Assembly (NCBI GenBank): GCA_963691875.1
Contig: OY829846.1
Span: 3,264,001-3,328,000, forward strand
Source of the DNA: Aureliella sp.
GTDB lineage: Bacteria > Planctomycetota > Planctomycetia > Pirellulales > Pirellulaceae
Reading direction: 5' to 3'
Length of the DNA stretch: 64,000 nucleotides
Shown here piece after piece: positions 29,022-39,068 of the stretch. Below the pieces are notes generated by a model. That model was not told the origin of the DNA. It worked only from the letters and a program-made list of their open reading frames with translations, and did not search any database. Numbering within the stretch: the stretch's first letter is position 1; each line of letters opens with the position of its first letter. The position numbers were made by a program, and so were the translations under genes.

Positions 29022-29252
29022 TTAGCGGGGATTCCGCATAAATCCGAAACTAAGACCTTAACGCCCGAAGCCTCACGTCAAATCCGCTAACTGAACCTGC
29101 CTAGACACCGATAACAGTAAAAGTTTACAGCGCGACGGTTTACGCAACGAAGAGCCTTCTTAGTGGGATTCTCAAGAACTACTCCCCATTGTCGCATGAT
29201 AGATAGCGGTTGCCATTGCCGGCGCAATTTCAAGAATTCAGGCGAATCCCAC
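29022..29252. repeat. Two degenerate REP-like inverted repeats
   Basis: TTAGCGG (29022) pairs with CCGCTAA (ends 29090). GTGGGATTC (29163) pairs with GAATCCCAC (ends 29252). Confidence 0.45.
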
Positions 29253-29325
29253 AACGGCGAAAGATCGAGTAGGCTGAGGTATCGTTTCTCGGATTGCCAT
29301 TCCACGTTTTTGGGGAGCAGGACTC

Positions 29326-29844
29326 ATGCCAAGTTCTCAGCCTTTTCGACTAATGACCCACAACCCTCAGTGGCCACAGGAATTTCAGCAGGCTCGTTCT
29401 TCGATCTTGCAAGCGACTGCGGGTTGGCTTGCTGCAGTAGAGCACATTGGTGGGACAGCAGTGCCAGGGGCTCTTTCGCGGCCGGTTGTAGACATGTTGG
29501 CTGGCATCAACGACCTGCAAGCACTTCAGGAAGTGTGCGATCTGATTGAAGGGCTCAACTACTGTCGCGTCGAAACGCCCGCTTGGTGTGATGACGAACT
29601 ATGTGGCATGTTGCTCAAGCCTCGAATTGGCGAGGCGACTCACTCGGTATTGGTTGTGCGTCATGAACAGGAGCTTTGGCAACGAGCTATTCGCACTCGG
29701 GAGCGGCTGAAAAGCGATAGTGCTACTCTCGAGCAGCTGTCGCAAATCAAGCAGGAGCATTATCATGCCTCCTGCTCTGCGGAACGGGATATGGAGCAGG
29801 CGAAAGAGATGTTCTTCGGCTCCCTATTAGACGGCCCTTCCTAG
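29326..29844 (+). CDS. GrpB family protein
   Basis: HNPQWPQEF, VEHIGGTAVPGALSRPVVD. Confidence 0.88.
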   Translation: MPSSQPFRLMTHNPQWPQEFQQARSSILQATAGWLAAVEHIGGTAVPGALSRPVVDMLAGINDLQALQEVCDLIEGLNYCRVETPAWCDDELCGMLLKPRIGEATHSVLVVRHEQELWQRAIRTRERLKSDSATLEQLSQIKQEHYHASCSAERDMEQAKEMFFGSLLDGPS

Positions 29845-29910
29845 ATCAAAAGCTTGGCAAGCTACACGCGAAACCACGCTCATCATTTGCTCCCCATTTG
29901 AAGCTCAGCT

Positions 29911-31209
29911 ATGGCAATTGCTTACTTCGATACCAACAGCGGAATCGCTGGAGACATGACTTTGGCTGCCCTCGTCGATGCGGGTGCCGACCAGCAGTAC
30001 ATCGCTCAACAGATTCAATCATTGGGCCTGCCCGAAGTCAAATTATTGTTCAGTGAGACACAGCGTCACTGTTTCCGAGCCTTGATGTTGGATATTGAGC
30101 ATCCTCCCGAGCATGCACACCGACACTGGAGCGATATTCGCCAGATGCTCGAGCAGAGTAAGTTGACGGACGCAGAATTGCATACCGCAAAGCGACTGTT
30201 CGAATGCATCGCTGTTGCCGAAGCCAAAGTGCACGGCAGCTCGCTAGAAGAAGTGCATTTCCATGAAGTCGGAGCCATCGACTCGATAGTCGATATCGTG
30301 GGTACTGCGGTCGCACTGCAATCTCTTGGCATCGACCAAGTGATTGCATCACCCACGCCGACAGGCAGTGGTCAGATCAAGATTGCTCACGGAACCGTTG
30401 CAGTCCCAGCTCCAGCGACTGCGGAAATATTGACCGGAGTTCCGATTCGAAGTTGCTCGATTGAGGCCGAGTTGACGACTCCGACTGGCGCCGCGATTCT
30501 TCGGACCTTGGCAGACGATTTTGGCCCGCTGCCGGACATGCAAATCCAACGCATTGGCTATGGCTCGGGGCATAAAGAGCTGAAGGAACAAGCCAATATC
30601 TTGCGCGTCTTAATTGGTAACAGCTGGGCCCCGTCAGAGGATCGCGTTCTGTTGCTCGAAACCAACTTGGACGACATCACGGGCGAACAGCTTGGCTTTG
30701 CAATAGAAAGATTGTGGGAAGTGGAGGCTTTGGATGTATTCACCACCGCGATTGGAATGAAGAAGAATCGACCCGCCGTAATGCTGTCCGTGCTTGCGAT
30801 GCCAGAGCATCGAGTTGCGATTGAACAATGTCTGTTTCAGCACACCGGCGCCCTCGGAGTTCGTCACACTTTGCTTCAACGCAGCAAGCTACAAAGAAAA
30901 AGTTTGCAGGTGGAAACTAGGCTTGGCAGCGTCCGGGTCAAAGCCGCCTGGGGATTCCAGAAAGGGCTGAACGGCTTACGCCTTGCGCCTGAATACGAGG
31001 ACTGCAAGCGGCTCGCCGAAAGCAATGCGGTGAGCCTGGAGTCCGTCTATCAGCTGGCACTTCGGGCAGCTGAGCCCGCCAAAGAAGCTTTGGAAGAGGA
31101 ACTCAGACAACAGAGCGCAAGCGAATCGAATCATGGCCATAGCGGACACGATCACGGTGGGCACGATCACGGCGGGCATGATCACGGCGGGCATCACCAC
31201 CATCACTAG
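29911..31209 (+). CDS. larC: Nickel pincer cofactor biosynthesis protein LarC
   Basis: SGIAGDM, VHFHEVGAIDSIVDI, HGTVAVPAPAT, ELTTPTGAA, LETNLDD, MKKNRP, PEYEDC. Confidence 0.95.
   Translation: MAIAYFDTNSGIAGDMTLAALVDAGADQQYIAQQIQSLGLPEVKLLFSETQRHCFRALMLDIEHPPEHAHRHWSDIRQMLEQSKLTDAELHTAKRLFECIAVAEAKVHGSSLEEVHFHEVGAIDSIVDIVGTAVALQSLGIDQVIASPTPTGSGQIKIAHGTVAVPAPATAEILTGVPIRSCSIEAELTTPTGAAILRTLADDFGPLPDMQIQRIGYGSGHKELKEQANILRVLIGNSWAPSEDRVLLLETNLDDITGEQLGFAIERLWEVEALDVFTTAIGMKKNRPAVMLSVLAMPEHRVAIEQCLFQHTGALGVRHTLLQRSKLQRKSLQVETRLGSVRVKAAWGFQKGLNGLRLAPEYEDCKRLAESNAVSLESVYQLALRAAEPAKEALEEELRQQSASESNHGHSGHDHGGHDHGGHDHGGHHHHH
31147..31206 (+). repeat. 15-bp tandem repeat encoding the (HDHGG)3-H5 tail of LarC
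   Basis: CAYGATCACGGYGGG x3 followed by five His codons. Confidence 0.9.
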
Positions 31210-31297
31210 TCTTTCAGAAGCGACCCGCATTGCGATGTCGATGCACGCGGCCTTTTACCATGTAAAAGGCCTTTTCTAGACTGCTCTCTGGCCTGAC

Positions 31298-32314
31298 TTA
31301 AACTTCAGAGCCGGTTTCAGTGGTAACTTCAAAGCCCATATCGCGGACCATGTTGTAGTCGGCATCAGGTGCTTGTCCTTGCGTCGTAAGATAATCGCCA
31401 ACAAAGATACTGTTAGCGACATAGAGACTCAGAGGCTGCAGGCTTCGTAAGTGCTTTTCGCGACCACCGGCAATTCGCAGTTCGCTACTCGGGTTCACGA
31501 ATCGCATCATGCATAGTCCGCGAATGCAATCTTGAGGCGTAAGAGGCGTTTGCTCTCCGAGTGGTGTTCCTTCGATGGCGTGTAAGAAGTTGAGCGGAAT
31601 CGATTCGGCGCGAAGTTCCCGCAAGTCGAATGCCATCGAGACGAGATCGGAATGCGACTCGCCCATGCCCATGATGCCACCCGAGCAAACCTCCAAGCCA
31701 GCATCTCGGACGTTGCGTAGTGTATTCATGCGATCTTCGTAAGTGTGGGTCGAGCAGATGTCGTCATAGTGCTCGCTACTCGTGTTCAAGTTGTGATTCA
31801 CCCGATCGACACCGCATTCCTTCAGACGCTTGGCGTTCTCGGGAGTCAGAAGCCCCAGGCAAGCACAGATCTTCAGATCAGAGTTTTCCTTCACGCGTGG
31901 GACCACTTCTTCGACCGCTTGCATTTCTTTCTCGCTTGGAGCGCGGCCGCTGATGACGATGCAGTAGGTGCTGGATCCGCGATCTGCAGCAACTTTGGCT
32001 CCATTGACCAATTGCTCTGCGGTCAACATCCGATACTTTTCGATCGGAGCCTTGGAAAGCTTGGACTGCGAGCAGTAGCCGCAATCTTCGGGGCACAGGC
32101 CACTCTTAGCGTTCACCAGGAAGTAGAGCTGAACCCGCTTGCCAAAGTGTTCCTGGCGAAGTCGGTAGGCGGCTGCAACAAGATCCAGTATGTCGTCATC
32201 GGGGCAGGCCAAAATCTCTTCTGCTTGAGACTTTGCAATTGCTCCGCCCTGAAGGATTTCTTGAGCCCATTGATGCCATACAGTCGGGGTAGTGTTAGTG
32301 CTAAGTTCGATCAT
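31298..32314 (-). CDS. bioB: Biotin synthase
   Basis: Radical SAM CPEDCGYC, NHNLNTS, CSGGIMGMGE, RIAGGRE, NSIFVGDYLTT. Start ATG 32314. Confidence 0.96.
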   Translation of the reverse strand: MIELSTNTTPTVWHQWAQEILQGGAIAKSQAEEILACPDDDILDLVAAAYRLRQEHFGKRVQLYFLVNAKSGLCPEDCGYCSQSKLSKAPIEKYRMLTAEQLVNGAKVAADRGSSTYCIVISGRAPSEKEMQAVEEVVPRVKENSDLKICACLGLLTPENAKRLKECGVDRVNHNLNTSSEHYDDICSTHTYEDRMNTLRNVRDAGLEVCSGGIMGMGESHSDLVSMAFDLRELRAESIPLNFLHAIEGTPLGEQTPLTPQDCIRGLCMMRFVNPSSELRIAGGREKHLRSLQPLSLYVANSIFVGDYLTTQGQAPDADYNMVRDMGFEVTTETGSEV

Positions 32315-32413
32315 TCGTAAACCGCGTGAATGCTTCCAAGTTTGCAGTAGGCTCTTAATTAAAGTCAAATAGTGCCTCTCTTGGAATGCCCTAACTACTT
32401 TCACCGTGATTTT

Positions 32414-33049
32414 ATGGCTTCGATTCAACCTCAGAGTGACCAAGATTCCACCTCCGCTGACAAGCAGCTCGCGCCAACCGCCAAAGAAGACCGAGAGAAC
32501 ACCGCCATTTGCGGATACTTTTTGCAAGTCGGCATCCATGGTCAAGTTGGGCGTTTCGAACTGGCCGAGCCCATGCAGCTACGCCGAAACGAACGCATGT
32601 TTTGCCGAACGGCCCGAGGACTGGAACTAGGTCGCGTGCTAGCCCCCATTCGTGGAGAGCGAAAGTCTGGTGACGGTAAGGTGCTGAGGAAGATGCGTCC
32701 AGAAGACGAATTGCTGTGGGGGCATCTACAAGAGCTCGGTGCGGCAGCGCTGAGCCGCTGCCAGGCATGGCTCGACGAGCACGCTACGGGTGAGGTTCTG
32801 CTAGAGGTCGAACCATTAATGGACGGGCGGACACTGTATTTTCATTTTCTTTCTGAAGTGAGCGCGACAACCCAGCAGCAGATTGACAAGCTGGCAGCGT
32901 TGTACGAACAAGAAGTTCAAGCCAGCGACTTCGCGAAACTTCTAGAAAAGGGCTGCGGACCAGGATGCGGAACCGAAGCGGCCGAAAATGGATGCGGTTC
33001 CAGTGGCGGTTGTGCTGTATGTAAGGTCGCTCAACTTTGCGGCAGGTGA
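32414..33049 (+). CDS. PSP1/RicT-like protein with Cys-rich C-terminus
   Basis: RTARGLELG, GKVLR, VEPLMDGRTLYFHFL, GCGPGCG..GCGSSGGCAVC. Confidence 0.8.
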   Translation: MASIQPQSDQDSTSADKQLAPTAKEDRENTAICGYFLQVGIHGQVGRFELAEPMQLRRNERMFCRTARGLELGRVLAPIRGERKSGDGKVLRKMRPEDELLWGHLQELGAAALSRCQAWLDEHATGEVLLEVEPLMDGRTLYFHFLSEVSATTQQQIDKLAALYEQEVQASDFAKLLEKGCGPGCGTEAAENGCGSSGGCAVCKVAQLCGR

Positions 33050-33262
33050 TCCTGCGACGATCACTACAGGCACGATGCGCAAGCCAGTGAGTCCGTATCA
33101 AGGACCAAGTACCGCAGGTTGAAGAGCGGCTCACGAAACATCAGTCGGATTGACTCGCTTGAGCCTAGTGCCTGTATTTGTTTTCGGCTACCGCGGCGCA
33201 TTTGTATCTCGTCGGCGTCGCGTGTAGAAAACGAGCCGAAAAGTCAGGAACAGACAGTCTGC

Positions 33263-34186
33263 TTAGAGACTCAGGAATGCATCCGAGTAGTAGAAAGGGA
33301 CAAGGCAGCACTTCGATTCATTTTCGCCAGAATCTTCTTTTCGCTCGGCTCTAGTTGAACCGGAATCAGAATTTGGCCGACCCGAATCTGGACGTTCTTT
33401 GGATCTTCCGCCTCCACGACCAGAGCTTTGCCAACGCCGAGGAAGCTTGTCGAAGGGCGGGCCTTGAAGCTCTTCGAATTTGTCGCGATGCTCTTGAGAT
33501 AAGCTCTGAAGCAGCTTCTCGTTTGCTGCCTCCCGCATGCTGCGCATTTGTTCTTCGAGTCGCTTGCGCTTCTCCTTGAACTCGAGATTGGGCATTCCCA
33601 TGATCTTTTCGACTGCGGCTTCTCTTTTCTTGCGTTCCGCGTCGACTCGCTTCCGGAATGCCTTGAGTTCTTCATCGCTGAGTCCAACTCGCTTGGCTAC
33701 GAGTCGATTGCGGATCGACTCGGCCCTGCGATGCTGCATGAATAAACCGTAAAGTCGATCGACTGCCTTTTCGCCCGCAGTCTCCTCGATTTTCTTAAAT
33801 GCGTTCGAGCTGAGTTCCTTGAACAAAGATTCAATCTGCTTCTTAAGATCAGGCTTTTGATCTCGAAAGATTTCGATTAAGTCCTTGCCTGCTTCAATCC
33901 GCATCGCCTGCAGATCTTCCTGGAGTTCATCGCTGAGTTGAATTTCCTCTAGGACAGGCGTAAATCGCAACATGTCGAGAATTTCCTTTTCGCACGCATT
34001 CTGCATTGCCTCATGCAGCGCCTCCATCATTTCGCGGTTCATCCCGCCCTTACTGCGACTGCCTCGACCTCCTTGGGGAGGCTGAGCGATCGCAATCGTG
34101 CATCCCAAGGCCACGAACAGAGCCAAGACAGATCTGACAAGCAATTGGTTTAGCCGTGAAAGCTGTGACGAGAGGAGAGAGGACAT
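33263..34186 (-). CDS. Exported helical hypothetical protein
   Basis: Signal peptide ending AIAQPP, charged helical repeats, FEELQGPPF. Paralogous to the neighbouring gene. Confidence 0.8.
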   Translation of the reverse strand: MSSLLSSQLSRLNQLLVRSVLALFVALGCTIAIAQPPQGGRGSRSKGGMNREMMEALHEAMQNACEKEILDMLRFTPVLEEIQLSDELQEDLQAMRIEAGKDLIEIFRDQKPDLKKQIESLFKELSSNAFKKIEETAGEKAVDRLYGLFMQHRRAESIRNRLVAKRVGLSDEELKAFRKRVDAERKKREAAVEKIMGMPNLEFKEKRKRLEEQMRSMREAANEKLLQSLSQEHRDKFEELQGPPFDKLPRRWQSSGRGGGRSKERPDSGRPNSDSGSTRAERKEDSGENESKCCLVPFYYSDAFLSL

Positions 34187-34295
34187 ACCTAAACCCGGTT
34201 TTTTGCCATGGCTGGTGAAGCAAACCGTGAGCCTTGGCGTCGATATTCGCCCAATGCTAGACAGCAAGGCTATCTGATTCCATCTATTTAACCCG

Positions 34296-34323
34296 AAAAC
34301 GGACAGCGAGATTCGCTGTCCGT
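34296..34323 (-). terminator. Intrinsic terminator-like hairpin
   Basis: ACGGACAGCGA-GAT-TCGCTGTCCGT, an 11-bp perfect stem followed by a short T run on the minus strand. Confidence 0.65.
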
Positions 34324-34397
34324 CTTGAAGGAAGTCATTTTTTGCGTGGAAATCCGAGGGTATTTACACCTCGGTCTAGCGGATTCAAGGTTCCAGG

Positions 34398-35309
34398 CTA
34401 GATTCCAGGCCGACCACCTTGCCCAGGCCGACCACCTTCGCCACGACCACCTTCGCCACGACCACCTTCGCCACGACCGCCCTGACCACCTCGGCCGCCC
34501 TGACCACCTCGGCCGAAGCTACGTTCTGGAAACTCAAACTTGTCACCTTTCAGTTCTTCGAATCTCTTGTAAGCGTCTGGATCGGCCTTTTTGAAAGTAG
34601 ATTCCATCTTTTCACCTGACTCTTTGGTCATCTTTTCCATCTCCTCACGCATCTTGGTGAAGGCTTCTCGCATCTTGTCGCGATCAAATTCTGGGCGTCC
34701 GCCATCTTCACCACGGCCGCCGGGGCGGCCACCTTGGCCACGTCCGCCAAACAGGCCTTCCAACCCGTTTTCCTTCATAAACTCGTTACGAGCTTCTTCC
34801 ATTTCCTTCTGGATTTCTTTTTGAGCTTCCTTGATCTTCTTCATGGCAGCTTCCGACAGCTCGATCTTTTCCGAAATCAGCTTGTTCTCAATCGCGCGGA
34901 TACCGCGTTGCTGAGCGAAAAGTCCCATCAGTCGTGCTTGTTGGTTGGGTTCGAATACCTCGTCCATAAGGCCGCTGGCCTTTTCCTCGGTTTCTTCCAT
35001 CATTTCCTTGCGCTCATCTTCGCTCATTTGGAACATGGAGCGGAAATCGATCCGAACGTTCTCCTGCACAGCCTGGTAGATTTCGTCGTCGAGGCCGATT
35101 TCATCACGAACTTCTTCCATCCGTAGCATAGAAAAAAGCTCCAGTGTCGGTCCCATACTGAATCCGCCGCGGCCGCCGCCAAATCCACCAAATCCGCCAA
35201 ATCCGCCTTGACCACGGCCTCCTTGGCCGCGACCGGGCTGTGCCAAAACTATGGGTGAGAGACATAGGAGCAGAGCCAGGCTCATTAGAGACAAAGAACG
35301 AGTTTGCAT
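34398..35309 (-). CDS. Exported helical hypothetical protein with Gly/Arg-rich repeats
   Basis: Signal peptide ending VLAQP, GGFGGF and GGRGE/GGQGGR repeats, FEELKGDKF. Confidence 0.85.
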   Translation of the reverse strand: MQTRSLSLMSLALLLCLSPIVLAQPGRGQGGRGQGGFGGFGGFGGGRGGFSMGPTLELFSMLRMEEVRDEIGLDDEIYQAVQENVRIDFRSMFQMSEDERKEMMEETEEKASGLMDEVFEPNQQARLMGLFAQQRGIRAIENKLISEKIELSEAAMKKIKEAQKEIQKEMEEARNEFMKENGLEGLFGGRGQGGRPGGRGEDGGRPEFDRDKMREAFTKMREEMEKMTKESGEKMESTFKKADPDAYKRFEELKGDKFEFPERSFGRGGQGGRGGQGGRGEGGRGEGGRGEGGRPGQGGRPGI

Positions 35310-35565
35310 GGAAAGTTTCCTCCAAGGTATGCGTTCGCAGAGTGAAAGGTTACCCAACTGGGCCGTCTGCGCGAAAGGGCTAGAATCTCATCTGTCCAAT
35401 CAAACCGGTTTTCGCGAAAAAAGTTCCGCTTTTTCGTAAGAAAGCTGGTCCGAAGCAAGTCGTAACTCTCAACCATCCAATTTTTAGCCGCTCACCAAAG
35501 GGCGATTCGCTTCGATTCAGCCCTTACTACTTCACTTGCCAATAACGCAGAAATAAACGAAACCG

Positions 35566-37716
35566 TTGTCCAGCGACTCCCAAGCCTCGAATTCGAACGC
35601 ATTTAGGCAGATCAGCCTGCGCACCGAGGTTCAGTTTTTGCCCGGCGTGAGCTCGGAGCGCGCTGCCTTGCTCGCGAAGCTGGGAGTTCGCACCGCAGCG
35701 GATCTTGTTTTCCTCTTTCCCCGATCACACGAAGCCCCAACCGATCTCGTTGAATCGGAGCAGTTTGAAGTCAACACACGTGCGTCCTTTCTCGGCACAG
35801 TCCTGGGAGTAGAACAACGCACGACTGCAAGCGGCAAACACATGCTTGGCGCCCAGGTCGCCACAGAAGACGGCAAGTCTCGCGTGCGGCTGCTCTGGTT
35901 CAATCAGCCCTTTCGTAGTCGTGACCTGTGGCAAGGTCGTCGACTACTTGCCACCGGAGTATTGAAATCCACCGTGCTAAACTGGGAGATGGTTCAGCCT
36001 CAAGTGCGGTACTTGGAGAAAGACGAGTTGCCTGAGTCCGAGCAGCCGCAGCCAGTCTATCCGCTCACCGAGGGACTCAAGCAATATCAGCTTCGCGCGT
36101 TGATGCGACAAGCGCTGCCACCAATCATAGACTCGCTGCAAGAAGTATTGCCCGAGTCGATTCGTATGCGTCTTGATGTACCAGGAATTCGAGAAGCGGC
36201 AAATTGGCTACACTTTCCCGAGTCGCTTGAGCGAGCGGACGATGCAATACGACGTTTCAAGTTGCAGGAGTTGTTTGTGCTCCAGCTGGCGATCAGCCTA
36301 CAACGCATTCAGCGCGAAAGCTCTGCGTTAGCGCCGGCATGCGAACCCTACGGCAAGCTACATTCTCGTATCTTGAATCGCCTCGGTGTTACTCTCACGC
36401 AAGATCAACTAGCTGCGATCGACGATATCGGACGTGATATGGCACGCAGCGTGCCGATGAATCGTTTGCTGCAAGGTGATGTCGGCAGTGGGAAAACCGT
36501 CGTCGCGCAATACGCTATGTTGCTCTGCGTGGCCCATGGTTTTCAAGCCGCTCTGATGGCACCGACAGATGTGCTCGCTCACCAGCACGCGCGTACTTTA
36601 GGAAAGAGCCTTGCGAGCAGCAGTGTACAAGCCGAGCTTTTGACGGGCTCGCTGACTGCCGCTCGCCGCCGCGATTGCCTGAAAAAAATCGCTGCTGGCA
36701 AAGTGGACTTGGTGGTCGGAACGCAAGCGTTACTTTCAGACAAGATAGAGTTTCCCAGGCTGGGATTGGTCATCGTCGACGAGCAACACAAGTTTGGCGT
36801 GCTGCAACGAGCCAAGCTACGTGTCGAAGAACAGCAGCCGCACTACTTGGTCTTGAGTGCCACACCAATTCCTAGAACCATTGCGATGACCGAGTTTGGT
36901 GACTTAGATGTAAGCGTCATTCGTGAAAAACCACCGGGTCGGGCACCCGTCAAGTCTTACATCAGTCAACATCATGAGTTGGATTCGTGGTGGCGTTTCG
37001 TCGAAGGCAAACTTAAGGAAGGCCGCCAAGCATTCGTGATTGCTCCACGCGTTGGAGCCACAGAATCCTCTCCAGCGGATTCAGAACCAACAACAAAGAC
37101 GGAGGAAACCGCGACGGCCGAAGGAGTCTTTCGCGTGTTACAGTCTGACGTCTTTCAACACCGAAATATTGGCCTGCTTCATGGCCGTATGTCTGGGGCT
37201 GAAAAAGAAGCTGCTCTCAGGGCTTTTTCGGAAGGTGAGTTCGAACTGCTCGTCGCGACGACTGTTGTCGAAGTGGGCATTGATGTTCCCAATGCAACGG
37301 TGATGACGATTCTCGATGCCAATCGCCTGGGACTTTCTCAATTACATCAATTGCGTGGTCGGGTTGGCCGTGGCTCGTTGCCAGGCTTCGCCTGTGCTGT
37401 CGCCTCGGCAGGATGCGACGCGGAGGAGCACAAGCGATTGAAGGCCTTTGAGTGCTGCACTGACGGATTCGAGTTGGCGGAACTCGACCTCAAACTACGC
37501 GGCCCAGGTGATCTGCTAGGAACTTCGCAAAGTGGTCTGCCACCGATGCGAGTCGCCAATTTGGTAGAAGATCAGCCGTTTTTGGAGTTAGCACGCCTTG
37601 TGGCCCAAGAAGTCTTGCAACAAGACCAAGGATTGGAGGAGCCGGAGTTCAAGAAACTCAAACGACAAGTGCTGCTTCGCTACGGCAACCTGCTTTCGAT
37701 TAGCGACGTGGGTTGA
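35566..37716 (+). CDS. recG: ATP-dependent DNA helicase RecG
   Basis: MNRLLQGDVGSGKT, DEQHKFG, SATPIPRT, QLHQLRGRVGRG, DLKLRGPG. Confidence 0.97.
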   Translation: MSSDSQASNSNAFRQISLRTEVQFLPGVSSERAALLAKLGVRTAADLVFLFPRSHEAPTDLVESEQFEVNTRASFLGTVLGVEQRTTASGKHMLGAQVATEDGKSRVRLLWFNQPFRSRDLWQGRRLLATGVLKSTVLNWEMVQPQVRYLEKDELPESEQPQPVYPLTEGLKQYQLRALMRQALPPIIDSLQEVLPESIRMRLDVPGIREAANWLHFPESLERADDAIRRFKLQELFVLQLAISLQRIQRESSALAPACEPYGKLHSRILNRLGVTLTQDQLAAIDDIGRDMARSVPMNRLLQGDVGSGKTVVAQYAMLLCVAHGFQAALMAPTDVLAHQHARTLGKSLASSSVQAELLTGSLTAARRRDCLKKIAAGKVDLVVGTQALLSDKIEFPRLGLVIVDEQHKFGVLQRAKLRVEEQQPHYLVLSATPIPRTIAMTEFGDLDVSVIREKPPGRAPVKSYISQHHELDSWWRFVEGKLKEGRQAFVIAPRVGATESSPADSEPTTKTEETATAEGVFRVLQSDVFQHRNIGLLHGRMSGAEKEAALRAFSEGEFELLVATTVVEVGIDVPNATVMTILDANRLGLSQLHQLRGRVGRGSLPGFACAVASAGCDAEEHKRLKAFECCTDGFELAELDLKLRGPGDLLGTSQSGLPPMRVANLVEDQPFLELARLVAQEVLQQDQGLEEPEFKKLKRQVLLRYGNLLSISDVG

Positions 37717-37868
37717 GGAATTTCGACTGAGCCATATTTTCGGTCCCTGGATCTGCAAAACGGCCCTGGAATCATTGGAACGAGCCAATTTCACCCATGT
37801 TGGATTTGCAAATCCTCGCATATGCTATGGGGCCGCCGATTTTGAATTTGAAACGATGAGACCCCTCA

Positions 37869-39056
37869 ATGTCCCTAAGCAACTGGATTAGTGGCCGAGT
37901 CTTCAAGCTCGTTCATGGCAACAATCTTGTCTACAACACCTGCTGGGAAGATCCAAGACTTGACCGCGAGGCACTGGAACTCACCTCTGAGGATCGCGTG
38001 CTGGTCATCACTTCTGCTGGCTGCAACGCTCTGGACTACGCACTTGTTGGCCCCGCACACGTCCACGCTGTCGACATGAACCCTCGGCAAAATGCACTTC
38101 TCGAATTGAAGATGGCCTGTATCCGCAAGCTGCAGTACGAGGACTTCTACAAGCTATTCGGCAACGGACATCACGCTAATGCGGGCAACATCTACCGGCA
38201 AACGCTCCGCGAAAACATGAGTGAGTGGTCCAAGGGCTATTGGGACAAGCACATCAAGTTCTTCGATCACATGAAGAAGACGTTCTACTATCGCGGTACT
38301 TCCGGCGTGTTCGCTCGTGGCATTCGCTTTTACATCGACAAAGTGGCCAAGCTGCGTCCAGAAGTCAATGAGCTGCTGGAATGTAAATCAGTAGGCGAGC
38401 AAAGTGAGATTTTCGAACGAATTCGAGATCGGTTCTGGTCACGAACCATGAAGTTTGCTCTGAATCGCGACTCAACCCTTTCGATGCTCGGAGTCCCGAA
38501 GGCTCAGCGGCAACAGATCGACAAGCAATATCCCGGCGGCATTCTGAGCTTCATCCAAGACTCGATGGAGTCGGTGTTTGCAAAGTTACCTTTGCACGAA
38601 AACTACTTCTGGCGCGTTTACATTACAGGCAGCTACAGTCCTGAGTGTTGCCCCGAGTATCTCCGTCCTGAAAACTTCCAGACCTTAAAAGACCGCAACG
38701 TGGAAGGTGTTTCCGTTCACACCGACAGCGTGCAAGGGTTTTTAGAGAAGTCCGAAGAGAAGATTTCTCGCTTCATCTTGCTGGACCACATGGATTGGTT
38801 GTCAGAGCACCTTTTCCCGATGCTTGAGCTCGAATGGCAGGCGATCCTGGACAAGGCGACTGATTCGGCCCGCATTTTGTGGCGCAGTGGAGGCCTCAAA
38901 ACAGACTTCATTGACCGGGTCCAAGTGATGCGTGATGGCAAGCAGACGTTCTTGCCCGAATTGTTGCAGTACCACGAAGAAAAAGCGGCTCAACTGCACG
39001 AGTTGGATCGAGTTCACACGTACGGCAGCTTCTACATCGCAGATCTTGCTGCATAG
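37869..39056 (+). CDS. btaA: SAM:diacylglycerol 3-amino-3-carboxypropyltransferase (DUF3419)
   Basis: YNTCWEDPRLD, ITSAGCNAL, VDMNPRQNALLELK, NYFW, LDHMDW, DRVHTYGSF. Confidence 0.9.
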   Translation: MSLSNWISGRVFKLVHGNNLVYNTCWEDPRLDREALELTSEDRVLVITSAGCNALDYALVGPAHVHAVDMNPRQNALLELKMACIRKLQYEDFYKLFGNGHHANAGNIYRQTLRENMSEWSKGYWDKHIKFFDHMKKTFYYRGTSGVFARGIRFYIDKVAKLRPEVNELLECKSVGEQSEIFERIRDRFWSRTMKFALNRDSTLSMLGVPKAQRQQIDKQYPGGILSFIQDSMESVFAKLPLHENYFWRVYITGSYSPECCPEYLRPENFQTLKDRNVEGVSVHTDSVQGFLEKSEEKISRFILLDHMDWLSEHLFPMLELEWQAILDKATDSARILWRSGGLKTDFIDRVQVMRDGKQTFLPELLQYHEEKAAQLHELDRVHTYGSFYIADLAA

Positions 39057-39068
39057 CGAGTTGGGCAC

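Noticed and set aside
32315..32545. ORF-track N-terminal extensions of bioB (likewise menC, ruvX and the ExeA-like gene)
   Set aside because: They overlap neighbours or precede the conserved N-terminus; downstream starts fit better.
34405..34515. Short tandem repeats as a CRISPR array
   Set aside because: No unique spacers; they are in-frame Gly/Arg coding repeats, and no cas genes are present.
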